Shown: positions 33,881 to 50,748, counted from the stretch's first letter. The stretch is DNA of 64,000 nt from the human T2T-CHM13v2.0 reference genome, Homo sapiens (GCF_009914755.1 NC_060929.1), one strand, 5' to 3'. Notes: generated by a model not told the origin, from the sequence alone. Program-made: numbers and translations.

Positions 33881-34189
33881 GACTGTCATGTCTGTGGGAG
33901 TGTGTATGAGTGACAGAAGATTTGGTGGCCAGCTTTGCTTGCTGTACACACAGCTTTGTTGTTGTTGTTTTTTGTGGCATGCAGTATATGTAGAATTCTT
34001 AGAGAACGTTAAACACACACGTTAAACACGTTAGTCCTATACCATTTGGCATAGCGACAAATAGTTTGATGTATTTAGGGCAATTCTGAAATTCTGAAAC
34101 ACATAAATGGATATTACTCTCAGTTTTTAAGAAAAAGATGATTTATGATGTATGTACTTTTTATTAAGAGTATTATTTTGTGTTTTAGG

Positions 34190-34740
34190 CTGTCTCACTT
34201 TGGAATGTGTTGGCTGCAAGTAAAGAAAACATAGCAATAGTTTAAGCAAATAAGGGAATTAGTTTTCCCACATACCAAGAAATCCAGAAATAGAGAATAG
34301 TTAGCATTAATTCAGCTATAATTAATAAAGCAAATAAGGGAATTAGTTTTCCCACATACCAAGAAATCCAGAAATAGAGAATAGTTAGCATTAATTCAGC
34401 ATTAATTGCTTAGCAATGCTGTTTGAAACCCCAGCTTGTTTTGTTTTTTTCCTCTGTCAGTCTTATTTATTGGCTGGTTATTAATCCTCATCCTTGTTGA
34501 CTTACGGTAATAGGATGGTTGTTGCAGCACTAGATACTGTGTACACATACGAGGCTAGAAAAATGGGAGAGTGGTGGTGTCAGATGTATTTGCTCCCTTT
34601 TATCAGGAAAGCAAATGTTTTTCCAGAATTAACCGGCACTTCACCCCCAAAGCAGACTTCAGAATATAAGTCTTTGATTTTCACTGTGTTACCCATTTCT
34701 TGTTTACCCCTCCAGGCATGGAAAGCTCAAAAGTGGTAAT
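34190..34740. mobile_element. MLT1-type LTR containing a 73-bp duplication
   Basis: ggctgcaagtaaagaaaac...aggatggttgttgcagcactag...cccttttatcaggaaagcaaa. Confidence 0.5.
34244..34400 (+). repeat. Perfect 73-bp tandem duplication with an 11-nt spacer
   Basis: 34244-34316 is identical to 34328-34400; spacer tataattaata. Confidence 0.97.
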
Positions 34741-34773
34741 TGAGCTGGGCCCCTTACTGCCCTGAATAGTCTA

Positions 34774-35458
<685 letters not shown>

Positions 35459-35633
35459 CTATGAAAAATTACTAAAATATAATTGGCCATTCGAGTTTAT
35501 TTGCTTGGAAAGTTATTTCTCAGTAAGTTCAAATTAATGGCATTTTAATGGTAGGTGAAAGAGTATTTATATAATGAGGGCTCTCAAGAGTTTATAAATG
35601 TATGAAGACTATCCACTATAAAGATAGCCATTT

Positions 35634-35932
35634 GGCTGGGTGCAGTGTCTCACGTTTGTAATCCCAGCACTTTGGGAGACTGAGGTGGGAGAATCGCTTA
35701 AGGCCAGGAGTTCAAGACCAGCATGGCCAACATAGTGAGACCCTGTCTCTAAAAAAGTTTTTTTAAAATTAGCTGCGTATGGTGGTATACACCTGTAGTC
35801 CTAGCTTCTCAGGAGGCTGAGGTGGGAGGATTGATTGTGCCCAGGAGTTTGAGGCCGCAGTCAGTCATGTTTGTGCCATTGGGCTGCAGTCTAGGTGACA
35901 GAGTGAGACCCAGTCTCTTAAAAAAAAAAAAA
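35634..35932 (+). mobile_element. AluJ
   Basis: Dimer with poly(A), ending about 250 bp upstream of the 5'UTR exon. Confidence 0.9.
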
Positions 35933-36179
35933 GCTAGTCATTTATTTAGAAGCTGGTAAATATGTGTGTGTGTGTGTGTGCATACACTTGTGTGTGCGTT
36001 TTTAAGAGGCTAATATTTTGGTTTGACTATTTGGTCTTAACTGTTTTCAGTTTACAGAGGTTAATTTTTGAGAAGTTTAATTTAACTTTTATATAAATTA
36101 GGTATTTAAAGAGATGTTCCTTAAAGTCATAAAGATCCGTTTTTATTGTTAATTTTGGTTCTTTTTTTGCTTTCCATAG

Positions 36180-36598
<419 letters not shown>

Positions 36599-37904
36599 TT
36601 ACTTCTGATTTATAAAGTGGCTCTTCCTTATCACATACCTGAAATTCTAATGAGCAGTTCCCATGTTGATCAATTCAGTTCTGATCAGGCTAGGCTTTCT
36701 TCCTTTTGGATTATTTCCTTGTGTTATTCTGTAAAGGAGAATCAGTCTTTGGATACTGTTACTCATTTACTTCTCTTTCGTATGTTACTTTCCTCCTCTG
36801 CCCTCAAGAATTAAGGTTCTCAGCCTTTCTTATCAGTCAGCAGTTTTTAGTCTATACCACTTCCACTTGCAGGCCTATATAGATTTGGTGTTCGTTTTTA
36901 TATTGGCACCAGGCCCACTGAATTTGATCTGAGGTCTAAACCGCTGTCTTTGTAGTCTCTATTCACAGAAAGTTTTCCTTTGAGATTTCAACTCTATTTA
37001 GCTTCCTAGAGCCCAATCTAATCTTTCTTTTCTGAATTCGTTCTCCTTTCAGAGAAGTTCTGCAATTTCTGTTTGTCTGTCTGCAACATGATTAGCTCTA
37101 CAGAAAAAAAAATCGGAAATTGTTATATCTCCATGAACAATTACTTGACCCTATAAATTGTCTTATATCTCAAGTGCCCTACATCTTTATATGTTATCTT
37201 TATATGTTTGGACCCAGTATGGTCCAGTGGCCATTAAGTGTTTACATGTGTGACTAATAAGCTGAATTTTTAATTTTATTTGATTTAGCTTTTAATACTA
37301 AGTGTAAATAGCCACATGTGTCTAGTGGCTACCATACTGGACATAGCAGATAGAATTCTTTCCCATTCTTAAGTGTCCTCCTAACTCAGTATCAGTTGTA
37401 TTCTTAAAATGTCTAGAACAAGAAATTTTGTATTCATTTTTGGAATTTTTAAAATGATCTCATAAGCACATAGGTAAAATCTAAATTCTCTTCTGGCGAT
37501 TAAAATCTTATTAGATGAACTGTTTATTCTTACTGATAAAATATGCCTTAATATAAACAAAGATTGTTACTAAGTAGTAAACTTTTCTGGATATTTATTT
37601 GTTGACAGAGATTTTAGATGGAAACATTTAATGTTTGACATCTGAGTTTCTTTTTTTAAATTCTGAAGGAGGAGTATGTAGTGAAGATTTACTGATATTT
37701 GAATTGTTTTAAGAACCTTCCTTCAAGTATGCATTATTATATATTGAGAAGCAGTATAGAAGAGCACGGACTCAGTTTCTTCATGGAAAAATGCAGATAA
37801 CAGCACATATCTTAGAAAGTTGTAGTGACGATGGAATGAGAGTCTGCATATAGTTTATCTAAAGAACTTAGCACAGTGCCTGGTATAGAGTGACTGAGTA
37901 AGTA

Positions 37905-38219
<315 letters not shown>

Positions 38220-38258
38220 TTATCTAAAGAACTTAGCACAGTGCCTGGTATAGAGTGA

Positions 38259-38573
<315 letters not shown>

Positions 38574-38689
38574 TAGAATAATCACTTTTTTAAAAAGATT
38601 GCAAGGGAAATACATATCTTATTCTTTGTCACTTTTAAAATATCATATAATATGAAGTAGAAGAATTAGAAGCAGTGCCTTGCAGATCC

Positions 38690-38906
38690 CTGTTACAGCT
38701 TGAGGCAAAAGGAAAAATCACTAATACCAGATCCTGTCTGTATTTTAACATTGGACATTTTGTTTATACATGGATTCTTTTTCAGTAATCTGTATTTTTA
38801 AAACATTTTATTAAGATATTGTATTTATCTTGATTACTGAATTTTTTGATACCTCCTTATATTTTGTGCCTGAGTCCTTACTAGCCTTAACCTAGTCTTG
38901 GTTCTG
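38690..38906 (-). mobile_element. hAT MITE (MER96B-like)
   Basis: gaggcaaaaggaaaaatcactaatacc...attttgtgcctgag...aacctagtcttggttctg. Confidence 0.5.
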
Positions 38907-39607
38907 GTTAGAGGTAATCTAATACTCTAATAGAATCTTCTGACTACAGTAAGAATGGATTGTTTTACACAGAAAGAATTGATAACACTAATTATCATTT
39001 TAATTTTATTTATTCCTAAAATTGCTATAAAATTGCCAATGTATTTGTGTGGTGTTTGATTTTTTTGGTTTAATTTTATCTTAGAGTATGCTGCACAATT
39101 CAAATTTTTAAAAGTCGATTTTTAAACTTTTATTTCTTCAAGTTAATTGCTTTATTACTTGTGCAAATATAATCTTACTTTGCTAATATAATCTTAGCCT
39201 AGTTAGAATTAACCTATGTATATACATTGTGTACTTAATAAAGTTGGCCCTGAGAATGTTCACTAATTCAGAATTGGCCTTTTCCCTCAATTAATTTGAA
39301 ATCTGTTCTTTATTTAAGCAAGTTTTTGCACCAGTGTGTAACCTTAAACACATTTAAGACATATAAGTTCTTTAGAAAAACTATATGGCCAATATTTAAT
39401 TGAAACAAAATATACTTGGGGTAGGTGGGAATTTTCATGTGGAAACTTGGACTTTTCATAGGAAGGTTATAGGGTGGTTGATCCCTGATGGCTGGTTAAG
39501 AAGACCTGAAAATATCTTCGCATTCCCACTTCCTACTCAAAACTGCACTTAATCATGTCCTTAATGAAGACTCATAGAACTCTTACTCAGAAATTAAGTA
39601 AAATTAA

Positions 39608-39964
<357 letters not shown>

Positions 39965-40236
39965 TCAAAGCACAGTTTTTGAAGAAGCATGTAAATGGCT
40001 ACTTCATGGATTGCTTTGTGAAGTACTAAAGAGCTTGAGTTTAATTTGAAATCCAGTAGTTATAAATGTGGGTATTAAAGCAATGTTAAATGGGTTCCAT
40101 TGTGCTTGTATAGTGGCAGGAGAAGTGTTTATCTGTGACATATGAATTGTGATAGATTGGAATGATTTGTTCTGAAAAACCGTTGTAATATGTATGTTTT
40201 AAATTTCTTTTTATTCGAATATTGCAGTGTCTAAAA

Positions 40237-40425
40237 ATGACTACAAAACGAAGTTTGTTTGTGCGGTTGGTACCATGTCGCTGTCTACGAGGGGAAGAGG
40301 AGACTGTCACTACTCTTGATTATTCTCATTGCAGCTTAGAACAAGTTCCGAAAGAGATTTTTACTTTTGAAAAAACCTTGGAGGAACTCTATTTAGATGC
40401 TAATCAGATTGAAGAGCTTCCAAAG
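40237..40425 (+). CDS. ERBIN: Erbin, first coding exon (exon starts at 40228 with 9 nt of 5'UTR); aa 1-63
   Basis: Translates [63 protein letters not shown], the Erbin LAP-family N-terminus. Acceptor attgcAG, donor AAG|gtatgc, 189 coding nt, phase 0. Confidence 0.98.
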
Positions 40426-41269
40426 GTATGCTAATACTTTCTTTCAAGAATTATCTTTGGTTATTTTTATATCTAGAAATGTGATATTCCTAATATTGCT
40501 ATAAAGTTGCCAATATATTTGTGTGGTTGAATTTTTTGGTTTAATTGTATCGTAGAGTATGCCGTACAATTCAAATTTTTAAAAGTCGATTTTAAAACTT
40601 GTATTTCTTCAAGTTAATTGCTTTTATACTTGTGCAGATAACGTAAAATTTTGTATTTAATTTTAGTTGTATTGTAGCCATTAAGGTAAATAATGAGACT
40701 AAATAATTTCTGGAGTCAGTAGATTTAACTAGAGCAATAATTGAAATTAATGCTGTCTTTTCCTACTTTTCATAAGACATTAATGTGTATTGTTATAATT
40801 GAGGGCAATTGTCCTTTTACCATATCATAATTTTATTGTTAAACAGCTTTTCTTGAGTTCATACAGATATTGTTTTCCTCCATTTACAATTTGTTTGGAA
40901 AGGTTTTGGAGGACTTAACATTTCTGAAGTCTAGTAACAACTGAAAGGAGAAAGTTGGTTTGTTGCCATGAAACACCTTCTCAAGTTATCACCTTGTTTT
41001 TTTTTCACTAAACTTTTTTCAGTGTACTTTTTCTTCTTAAATCCCAGTCTCTCATTATCCTATTTCAATTTTCCCTCTCATTATCCTATACCAGTTAAAT
41101 TGCTATATATTTAATTGTTAATTGCTATATATTTAATTGTTGGGATCTTTTGCCACCCAAACAGCAGTGTTTTTGAAACCGTGCGTGGAGACCCATTGGT
41201 AGCTCATAAAATCAATTCAGTATGTGTGGGCAGCATTTTGGAAAAAAAACTATAAATTTGGACTGCGAG

Positions 41270-41430
41270 AATTAGGAAATATAGGACGCTTAAATTAGAA
41301 TTTTCAAATAAGGAATAATTTGTTAGTGTAAGTGTGTCCCATAAAACTGTGGGATATACTTGTACTAAAAAATTATTTGTTGTTTGTCTGAAATTCAAAT
41401 TTAATGGACATCTTATACCTACTCCTGCAA
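41270..41430. mobile_element. MER53-like palindromic MITE
   Basis: aaattagaattttcaaataa...tgtcccataaaactgtgggatata...tgtctgaaattcaaattta imperfect inverted repeat. Confidence 0.65.
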
Positions 41431-42264
41431 CCTTAATTATAAAAAATAGAAAATAGAGTGTGTTGTATATAGCCATTGTTTTATGAAAATATTTTAGATT
41501 TGTGTGTATATACATACTGGATGACAGTATGCAACAGGCTTTTTTCTGGTGGTCAGTAAGAACATTTTGAAAGCCACTGCTATCCTAGGGGTCATCTTAC
41601 AGAGAAATCTTTATATGGCTATGGATAAAAGTTAAAGGTTGTTGGTCTCATGTTTATGAACTAGAAACCTAGGTTGTGGTTGGATAATTTACTGTTCTTC
41701 CTTATATGTTGTTCTTCAGCAGGCAATTTATCTTCCTTAGCTAGTTCTAGAGAATATAGAGGACCAAAATTTGTCTCCTTCTCTAATCACCACCAGTAGA
41801 GTCTTGGTTTAGGGGTTTTGGTGAAAAGAGAAAGTCTTGCTACAACAGTGCGAATAACTGAATCATTTATGTCTTATCACACCTAACACTTTTACATTTT
41901 TAGAAGAATACTCTTCTTAAATAGGGCTTTCATTTTGGAATAAGGTTGCTTGAAAGACAAGCTCCAGAGTTTATCACATTTAGTAGCCACTTATTTTTTT
42001 TACTAACTCAACAGAGGATATAGCCATATACTTATTCTCACTAAGTGCATTTTACTTAAGGTAGAAGTATGAAGATATAAATTAATCTGAATGGTTCAGT
42101 TGTATTCATATCCATAATAGCATAACCAGAACAATGAGGCATCTTTCCTGGTATTAGTGTAGGTTATAACTCATTCAGTTTTAATATGGCTGATAATAAA
42201 AGTTAGTTCATGAAATATTTAAAGATGTATATAATTGACATTCTTTCCTCCCTTTTTTCAATAG

Positions 42265-42382
42265 CAACTTTTTAACTGTCAGTCTTTACACAAACTGAGT
42301 TTGCCAGACAATGATTTAACAACGTTACCAGCATCCATTGCAAACCTTATTAATCTCAGGGAACTGGATGTCAGCAAGAATG
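42265..42382 (+). CDS. ERBIN: Erbin coding exon (LRR), 118 nt
   Basis: ttttttcaatAG|CAACTT... translates [39 protein letters not shown](G). Donor G|gtaagg, in frame with the previous exon. Confidence 0.97.
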
Positions 42383-42689
42383 GTAAGGCTTTTTTTGCCC
42401 ATAATTTTTTGTACTTGGGAACATGTTTCATTACTAAGATTTCTATTGAGTTTTCAAAAATAAAAATATAAAAATAAGTTAAATCTAATGTATTAATATG
42501 AACTTCATCTAAGAATGTTTTATGTAAAGATAGTTGCCCGACTTTACAAGTTTTGCCACCTGTTTTGTATCAAATACAGTAAAATTAAATGTTATAGCCT
42601 TGGCTTAGAATTTGTTTAATATGTGTATGTAAAATCTGTGATAGCTTAAAGCACATGGAGAATAAATGTAAGGGATTTTTTTGTTGTTG

Positions 42690-44925
42690 TTTTTACATTT
42701 TTAATTGCGGTCATCATGTTGCAGGATAGATCTCTTGTGCTTATTTCTCCTGTCAAACTGAAATCTTATACCCTTTGAACAACATATTCCAATCCTCCAT
42801 CCCTGCTTCCCCATCCCCAGCCCCTGGTAACCACCATGCTACTCTGCCTCTGCCTCAGCAAGATTCCATATGTAAGTGAGCTTATGTGGTATTTTTTTTT
42901 TTTTTCTGTTCCTGGCTTGTTTTACTTAACATAATATCCTCCAGGTTTATCCATGTTATTGCAAATTAACAGGGTTTTCTTCTTTTTAAAGGCTGAATAG
43001 TATTCCATTGTGTATATCATATTTTCTTCATTCATTCATCCGTTGATGGACACTTAGGTTGGTTCCTTATCTTGGCTATTGTGAATAGTGCTGTAATGAA
43101 CATGGGAGTGTAAATATTTCTTCAGCATACTGATTTCATTCACTTTGATACATATCCAGTAGTGGGATTGCTGGATCTTGTGGTAGTTCTGATTTTTTGA
43201 GGACTCTCCATACTGTTTTCCATAGCAGCTATACTAATTTACATCCCCACCAACAGTGTGCAAGCATTCCCTTTTCTCGACACCCTCATCAGCACTTATC
43301 TTTAGTCTTTTTACTCATTCTAGCAGGTGTGAGGTTGTATCTCACTGTAGATTTAATTTGCATTTCTCTGGTGATTAATGATGTTGAACATTTTTCATAT
43401 ACCTGTTGGTGATTTGTGTGTGTTTTGTTGAGAACTATCTATTCAGGTCATTTGCTGATTTTTATGTCAGATTACTTGTTTTCTTGTTATTGAGGTTTTT
43501 TAGTTTCTTACATATTTTGAATGCTAACCCCTTCTCAGATGTATAGCTTGCAAACATTTTCTCCCACTCCATAATCTGTTTCTTCACTCTGTTGTTTCTT
43601 TGGCTGTACAGCTGCTGTTTTGTGTGGTGTGATCCCGTTTGTCTGTTTTTGCTTTTTTTGCCTGTGCTTTTGGGGTCATATTAAGAAAAATCATTGTTAT
43701 AGCCATTGCCAGGCTCCAGAATGTCATGGAGCTTTTCTCCTATTTTTTTTTTCCTAGTAGTTTTTTTTTTTTTTTTTTTAACAGTTTTGGGTGTTATAGT
43801 TAAGTCTTTAATCCATTTTGAGTTGATTTTTTAAATGGTGTAAGATAAGGGTTTAATTTCATTCTTCTGCATGTGGATGTCCAGTTGTCCCAACACCATT
43901 TATTGAAGAGACTGTCCTTTACCCATTGTGTGTTCTTGGCACCTTTGTCAAAAAATAATTGACAAAATACGTGGATTTATTTTTGGGCTGTCTATTCTGT
44001 TCCATTGGTCTGTCTGTATTCATGTCATTACCATGCTGCTTTGATTACGATTGCTTTGTAGCATATTGTGAAGTCGGGTGTGATGCCTGCCGTTTAGTTC
44101 TTTTTGTTCACCGTTGCTTTGGGTATTCAGTCTTTTGTGGCTCCATATGAATCATAGGATTTTTCTTTTTCTATGAAAAATGTCACTGGAATTTTGGTAG
44201 GGATTGGGTTGAATCTGTAGACCACTTTGGGTAGTATGGACGTTTTAACAATATTGATTTTGAAGTCCGTGAACACAGGATTTCTTTCCATTTATTGTGC
44301 TGCTTCAATTTTTTTCATCAAATGTTCTATAGTTTTCAGTGTATATGTCTTTTACCTCTTTAGTTAAATTTATTTCTAAGTATTTTATTTTTTTGGTAGC
44401 TATTATAAATGGGATTGTTTTCTTAATAACCTTTTCATATAGTTTGTTGTTAATATGTAAAAATGCTACTGATTTTTGTATGTTGATTTTTGTATCCTGC
44501 AATTTTACTGAATTTATTCTAACAGTATTTTGGTTGGAGTCTTTAGGGTTTTCTATATATAAGGTTATGTTGTCTGCAAATAGGGACACTTCAATTTCTC
44601 CTATTCTAATTTGGAATCCTTTTATTTCTTTCTCTGGGTAGGACTTAAGTACAACGTTGAAAAGAAGTGGCAGGAATAGGCATCCTTGCCTTATCCCAGA
44701 TCTTAAAGGAAAAGCTTTCAACTTTTCATTGTTAAGTATGATGTGAGCTGTGGGTTTGTCACATATGGCCTTTATTGTGTTGAGGTGCTTTCCGTCTATA
44801 CCTGATGTGTTGAGAGTTTATTATGAAAGGACGTTGAATTTTGTCAAATGCTTTTTCTGCATCCATTGAGAGATTTTTTTCCTTTGTTTTGTTGATGTGA
44901 TATATCACTTTTATATATATGTTGA
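42690..44925 (-). mobile_element. Old L1 (L1MA-like) 3' portion with internal deletions
   Basis: Minus-strand ORF 44305-44721 has an RT-like segment (KAFPLRSGIRQGC...SLFADNITLYIENPKDS). L1MA-type 3'UTR near 42700-42950. Confidence 0.85.
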
Positions 44926-45471
44926 AATTATTAAGGCCAGGTAGTCTTGTTTAGTATGTTTAGTTTGATATTCATTAAGTATGGAAGATACGTTCTAAAA
45001 TGTTAAGTCCTTACCTCAGAAGGAGAGAGAAATCAGCCCTTGAAATTTTTAGAATGAGTGTGTATTTCTTTTATAATTACAAAAAAGAAAGAATCACATG
45101 AGGATAAATTTTAAATGGTCTGACCAAATATAGGGCTTTCACTAAACACTAAATACTGTCATGTAATACTTCTTAATAAGAATTGGGGAAAAAACTTTAT
45201 AAACAAGTCCCACCAAGTTAGTGCAGCAGTGCCAGCAAATATGTAGTAATCATATTCCACAGCTCTTAGCTTCAAAGTCATTCTTTGTCCTAATGATATG
45301 AGTATCCAGAAGTAATCCTTCTCCTATCAGTTTTCCTAAATTTTAGGACTTACTATGAAGCATTTTAGGGCTTATTAGAATTCATCCTGTTTTCACAATT
45401 AACAGTTAACTTTGGAAAGCTAATTAACCAGGTGTCTGTCTACACACACACACACACACACAAAGTTATGT

Positions 45472-45781
45472 TGGCTCACGCCTGTAATCTCAGCACTTTG
45501 GGACGCTGAGGTGGGTAGATCACTTGAGGTCAGGAGTTCAAGACCAGCCTGGCCAACGTGGTGAACCCTGTCTGTACTAAAAATACAAAAATTAGCCAGG
45601 CGTGGTGGCACGTGCCTGTAGTCCCAGCTAGTCAGGAGGCTGAGGCATGAGAATCACTTGAACCCCAGGAGATGGAGGTTACAGTGAGCCAAGATAGCAC
45701 CACTGTACTCTAGCTTGGGCGACACAGCAAGACTCTCAAAAAAAAATATATATATATAGATATATATATATATTTATATAT
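45472..45781 (+). mobile_element. AluS with (TA)n tail, preceded by (CA)n
   Basis: Dimer. (CA)n at about 45442-45461 and (TA)n at about 45747-45781. Confidence 0.9.
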
Positions 45782-46106
45782 CTCCACTTATTAAATTCTG
45801 TTTATTTTAGTTGCAGGTCATTGAAATGTATGTTTTATAGGATTATGATCAAATCAGGACTTCTGTTTTAAGGATTTATTATTTGCTTATGTTCATCCTA
45901 GGTTAAGGTGAAGGTTTTAGTGGTTAGTGCCGTACTGACGTTCAGTTCACAATAACTAATAAATTTTAGCTTTAAAGATAGTACTGTATTTTATTTTACC
46001 TTTTGTTATTGAGCTGTTTAACTTTAGAGCTATTTATATTTTGAATAAATTTATTATTTAATTTTTATTTAGATTGGATTCATGCATAGTGATGTCCTGC
46101 TTTTTA

Positions 46107-46432
<326 letters not shown>

Positions 46433-46583
46433 TTATGCCCAAATAAGAAACATGTGTAAAAGGTAAAAGAACACACATGGCTCCACCAGTTGTTAGCATT
46501 TTGTTACATTTGTCTTACTTTTCTTTTTCATGTATGTGAATTTAAATATGTTCAGGAAAAAGATATATGCATATCATTGCTTA

Positions 46584-46908
<325 letters not shown>

Positions 46909-47401
46909 CTAAGCTTATTTAAATTTAAGTTGAAGGCATCATGTCTTCACTCCTAAATGTTTAAATATGCATCCCCTAAGAACAGGGGAATCGGAATAAC
47001 CACAACATCATTATCACTCTTGAGAAATTTAACATCACAATTCCCCTGTTGCCTAATAATGCTCTTTTAAACTCTTTAGGCCCCTTCTGCATATCCCTCC
47101 TTACAAGTTAAAGATCATGTACAGCATTTAGTTGTTGTGTCTCTGGTCCTTTTAAATCAGGAACAGTTTGCTCATGATTTTCATGACAATTTCCATTTTT
47201 GAAGTGTTTAGATCAGTTGGCTTTTGATTTGTGTGACTATTCCTCTCATTATTTTATTCAGGCTAAATGTCTGCCGTTTCAGACTTTTCCTTGAGGGCAG
47301 TGTGAAATTTGTGTTTCCATCCCTAGTACTTAGTATTAGTGCTTGGTGGTGCCTGATACATTCCAAAGTAAATGAATTTGATTACCATCAGATCTCTATG
47401 G

Positions 47402-47598
47402 ATGTTGACACATAATCCAGAGTATTATAGAATTCTAGAATTATTGTCACTTTAGTTGTCATCATATCTACCTTTTCATCCTAAAGGAGTATCTCTACAT
47501 ATGTTGACAGATAAATTAATCCAGAGTATTATAGAATTCTAGAATTATTGTCACTTTAGAAGTCATCACATCTACCTTTTCATCCTAAAGGAGTATCT
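47402..47598 (+). repeat. About 95-bp tandem duplication
   Basis: 47402-47494 and 47501-47598 share taatccagagtattatagaattctagaattattgtcactttag...atctaccttttcatcctaaaggagtatct. Confidence 0.95.
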
Positions 47599-49302
47599 TT
47601 CTGATCTTTTTAAATGGGAGTTGTTAAGGTATAAGGAAAGGGACTCAAGATAATTTGGGTATTGATTAAAAATCGTATACATCTGAAATTGTATGTATTG
47701 GGTAAACTTTGCTATCAGTCTTTATGGTATAGAAGTATTGCTTGGCTCAGTAATGAAAATAACTTGCATATATGCTTCATGAAAATGGATTAACCTCATG
47801 TTTATTACTCTAAAATGAGAATGGTGGAATTATGGCTATGTTCTAACCCTACAGCATCATTAAATTAATATCCTAGGCTTTTGTATAACTATTTAAAGAA
47901 TTACATGTTGTAGAGTTAGGCAACCTATTAGACTGCAGAGTAGCTCTTTTACCTTTCTAGTTTAGCATTTTGTTGTTGCTTCTACTATATTGAAAACTTT
48001 TAAACAATTATTTCAACCTGTGAATGTTTTTGAGGCGTTGGAGATAATCTTTATGTGATCAAAAGATTTAGGAAAAGTACTTAACTGTTCTTCCTCAAGG
48101 AGGAATGACGTTACTTATTGCTGCCAATAAGTCTTAGTTTATTTGACTAAAAATTAAATTGGTCTGTTCTTGTTATATGATTCCTCACATAGAAGGGACC
48201 ACATCTATTCTTTAACTTGCAGAATTGGTTTTTTTGCATTTTACTTGTTACTTGTATTTTCTCTCCTTTTAGTCTTGAATTGATGTCTAAGTGAAACTTC
48301 ACTTCATTGTTCATAACAAGGCTAGCTGAAAGGAGACAAGAGACTATGATAGTGTCAGAAGTTACCTTGCCAAGTAAAAATTCTAGTTATTTTAATTCCT
48401 CATCTTATATTCTTCATAAGTGGTGTATTTAACCCATTTTACCTTAAGAGAGCTGAGATAATTTTAATCAACCTGTAGTATTCAACCCTAATATGTATGT
48501 TTGTATAGGTCTATTGTGTTGAAAAAAAATTAATAAAGCACACATATTAGGTTGCATATTAGGTCGATGTGGCTGGATGTTAGAAATTTGAATTTTGTTG
48601 CATTTTTGATTTGATAATAGACTGCTTAAAAGAAAGGTTAGTACATTTAAGCAAATGTAATATTTTGAAATTATTAAAATGTAATTTCATGAAATTATTA
48701 AAATTTAATAATATAAGCTATTACTGTTTCGCTTATATTTAAGCTCTAGTGTTTTCTCCTTTTAGGTTTTTATATCATTTCAGTCTAATATTTAAGTTTA
48801 TCATAATATGCTAGGTACAGTTTTCAGATTCATTAGCTGTTGTGCACTGTTTGGAAGGAGGCAGGAAATTTGTGGCATACTTTGTTATTCATCATATCAT
48901 CAAGCTGTATTTCTTTAAAAGCACTTGCTTTTAGGATTTTGGCTTTTAGGCTGTGATAGTTTCTGATTTTTTATGTAGTTCTTATCAGTGTTTTTCATTT
49001 GGTAAGTTAGCATGGTTTAGGAATAAAAAGAAATGGCCTCTATTCTTTGCTTCTCTGTTTATTGGTCTGGTTATTAAACTGGGGACTTAATCTAAATTTG
49101 TTAGTTCATCTGTAAGATTGTTAAACACATGAAATGGATCAGTCTAGGAAGTATATAATTCTAAGGGATTTAATATTTGTATTTATCAAGAAATTCAGTT
49201 TTTTCTTTTACAGTCTATGATAAAACTGGAATGTTAATTTGTTCTGGGTCTTAATTTGCTCTTCTCTTTCTTTTCTCGAGTTTTGGTTTACTGTATGTAT
49301 GC

Positions 49303-49797
49303 TTTTTATTTTATTTTATTTTATTTTACTTTAAGTTCTGGGATACATGTGCTGAACGTGCAGGTTTATTACATAGGTATACACGTGCCATGGTGGTTTG
49401 CTGCACCTATCAACCCGTCATCTAGGTTTTAAGCTTCACATGCATTAGGTGTTTGTCCTAATGCTATCCCTCCACTTTCCCCTCACTCCCCATCAGGCCC
49501 CAGTGTGTGATGTTCCCCTCCCTGCGTCCATGTATTCTGATTGTTCAACTCCCACTTATGAGCAAGAACATGCGGCGTTTGATTTTCTGTTCCTGTGTTA
49601 GTTTGCTGAGGATGATGGTTTCCAGCTTTATCCATGTCCCGGTAAAGGACATGAACCCATTCTTTTTTATGGCTGCATAATATTCCATGGTGTATTATGT
49701 GCCACATTTTCTTTATCCAATCTGTCATTGATGGGCATTTGAGTTGGTTCTAAGTTTTTGCTATTATAAATAGTGCTGCAATAAACATAATGTGTGC
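49303..49797 (-). mobile_element. L1PA (about PA7/8) 3' end fragment
   Basis: (ttatt)n tail followed by actttaagttctgggatacatgtgc...gtgctgcaataaacata, the reverse complement of an L1PA 3'UTR. Confidence 0.9.
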
Positions 49798-50748
49798 ATG
49801 TACACTTTTTAAAGTTATAAAAAGTTCTCTAAGCTGCTATCCCAAGCCATTGCAAATAGCAACCAGTATTAGAGAAATGATCTGCTGTTGCAATCAAATG
49901 GCTTTTCTTGTAGGGAAGACTGAGAAGATGTGATTAAAACATTCTGTCAAAGTGGTTGATGGGGAAAGCTGGTGGGGAGGGGAGATAAAAGAAAAACCGT
50001 GTAGCTATTAATTCTCTTATATGAACATAATGAATAAAATGCCAGGGATTACAAGGCAGAGAAACCAGAAAGAGTAGCTCAGATCCTTCTGTCTAATATG
50101 GCAATACTAGCGAGGTTAACCAAGGTATTTCTTTTTAGTTGAGTCAAAAAGCCCAGGAAGAGTGAATTGAAAGTTTGTGGTCAAAGCAGAAAGCAGTTCT
50201 TTTAACTTGAGAAAATCTGATGACTGGGGACAAACTAGTGGAAAAGCCTTTTCACATTAAACTAAAAGAAGTTAAATTGATTAAGAGGATATTACAGATT
50301 GATGGGGAAGTTATGGTATGTTGCTCTTGTGTTTTAAATTTCTAAAATTGCCATTTTGCTTTGTAGTTGACGTTTTGAGCCCAGCTGTTTTAATAAATCA
50401 CTTTATTTAAGATAATGAAAGAAGGAAAACCATGTTTTACACTGTCCATGTTTAGACTGGTGATTTCTGGCCACTGCCAAGTGTTTTGATAAATGTAGAC
50501 TGTTAACTGGAGTGTGCACTCATTTGTGCCCTACCATAGCGTAGGCATTATTATTTGTTGTGTTATATCTGGTCCAAATCATACATGTGTTATCCTCTGG
50601 AAGCTATCATCATTTGAGTTTGCAATTTCCGGTTAGTTTTGACCAGAACTCGAATGTTTTATTCTGTAGTATGGTAATCATTGCCTTTGGAGTGCAGGAA
50701 CAGTAAGGGACTCCTGTTGACTTAAATTCAACAACTGGGACAGTGGGA

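Noticed and set aside
34244-34400. Repeat-spacer-repeat arrangement superficially like a CRISPR unit
   Set aside because: Primate intronic DNA with only two 73-bp copies and no cas genes; it is a tandem duplication.
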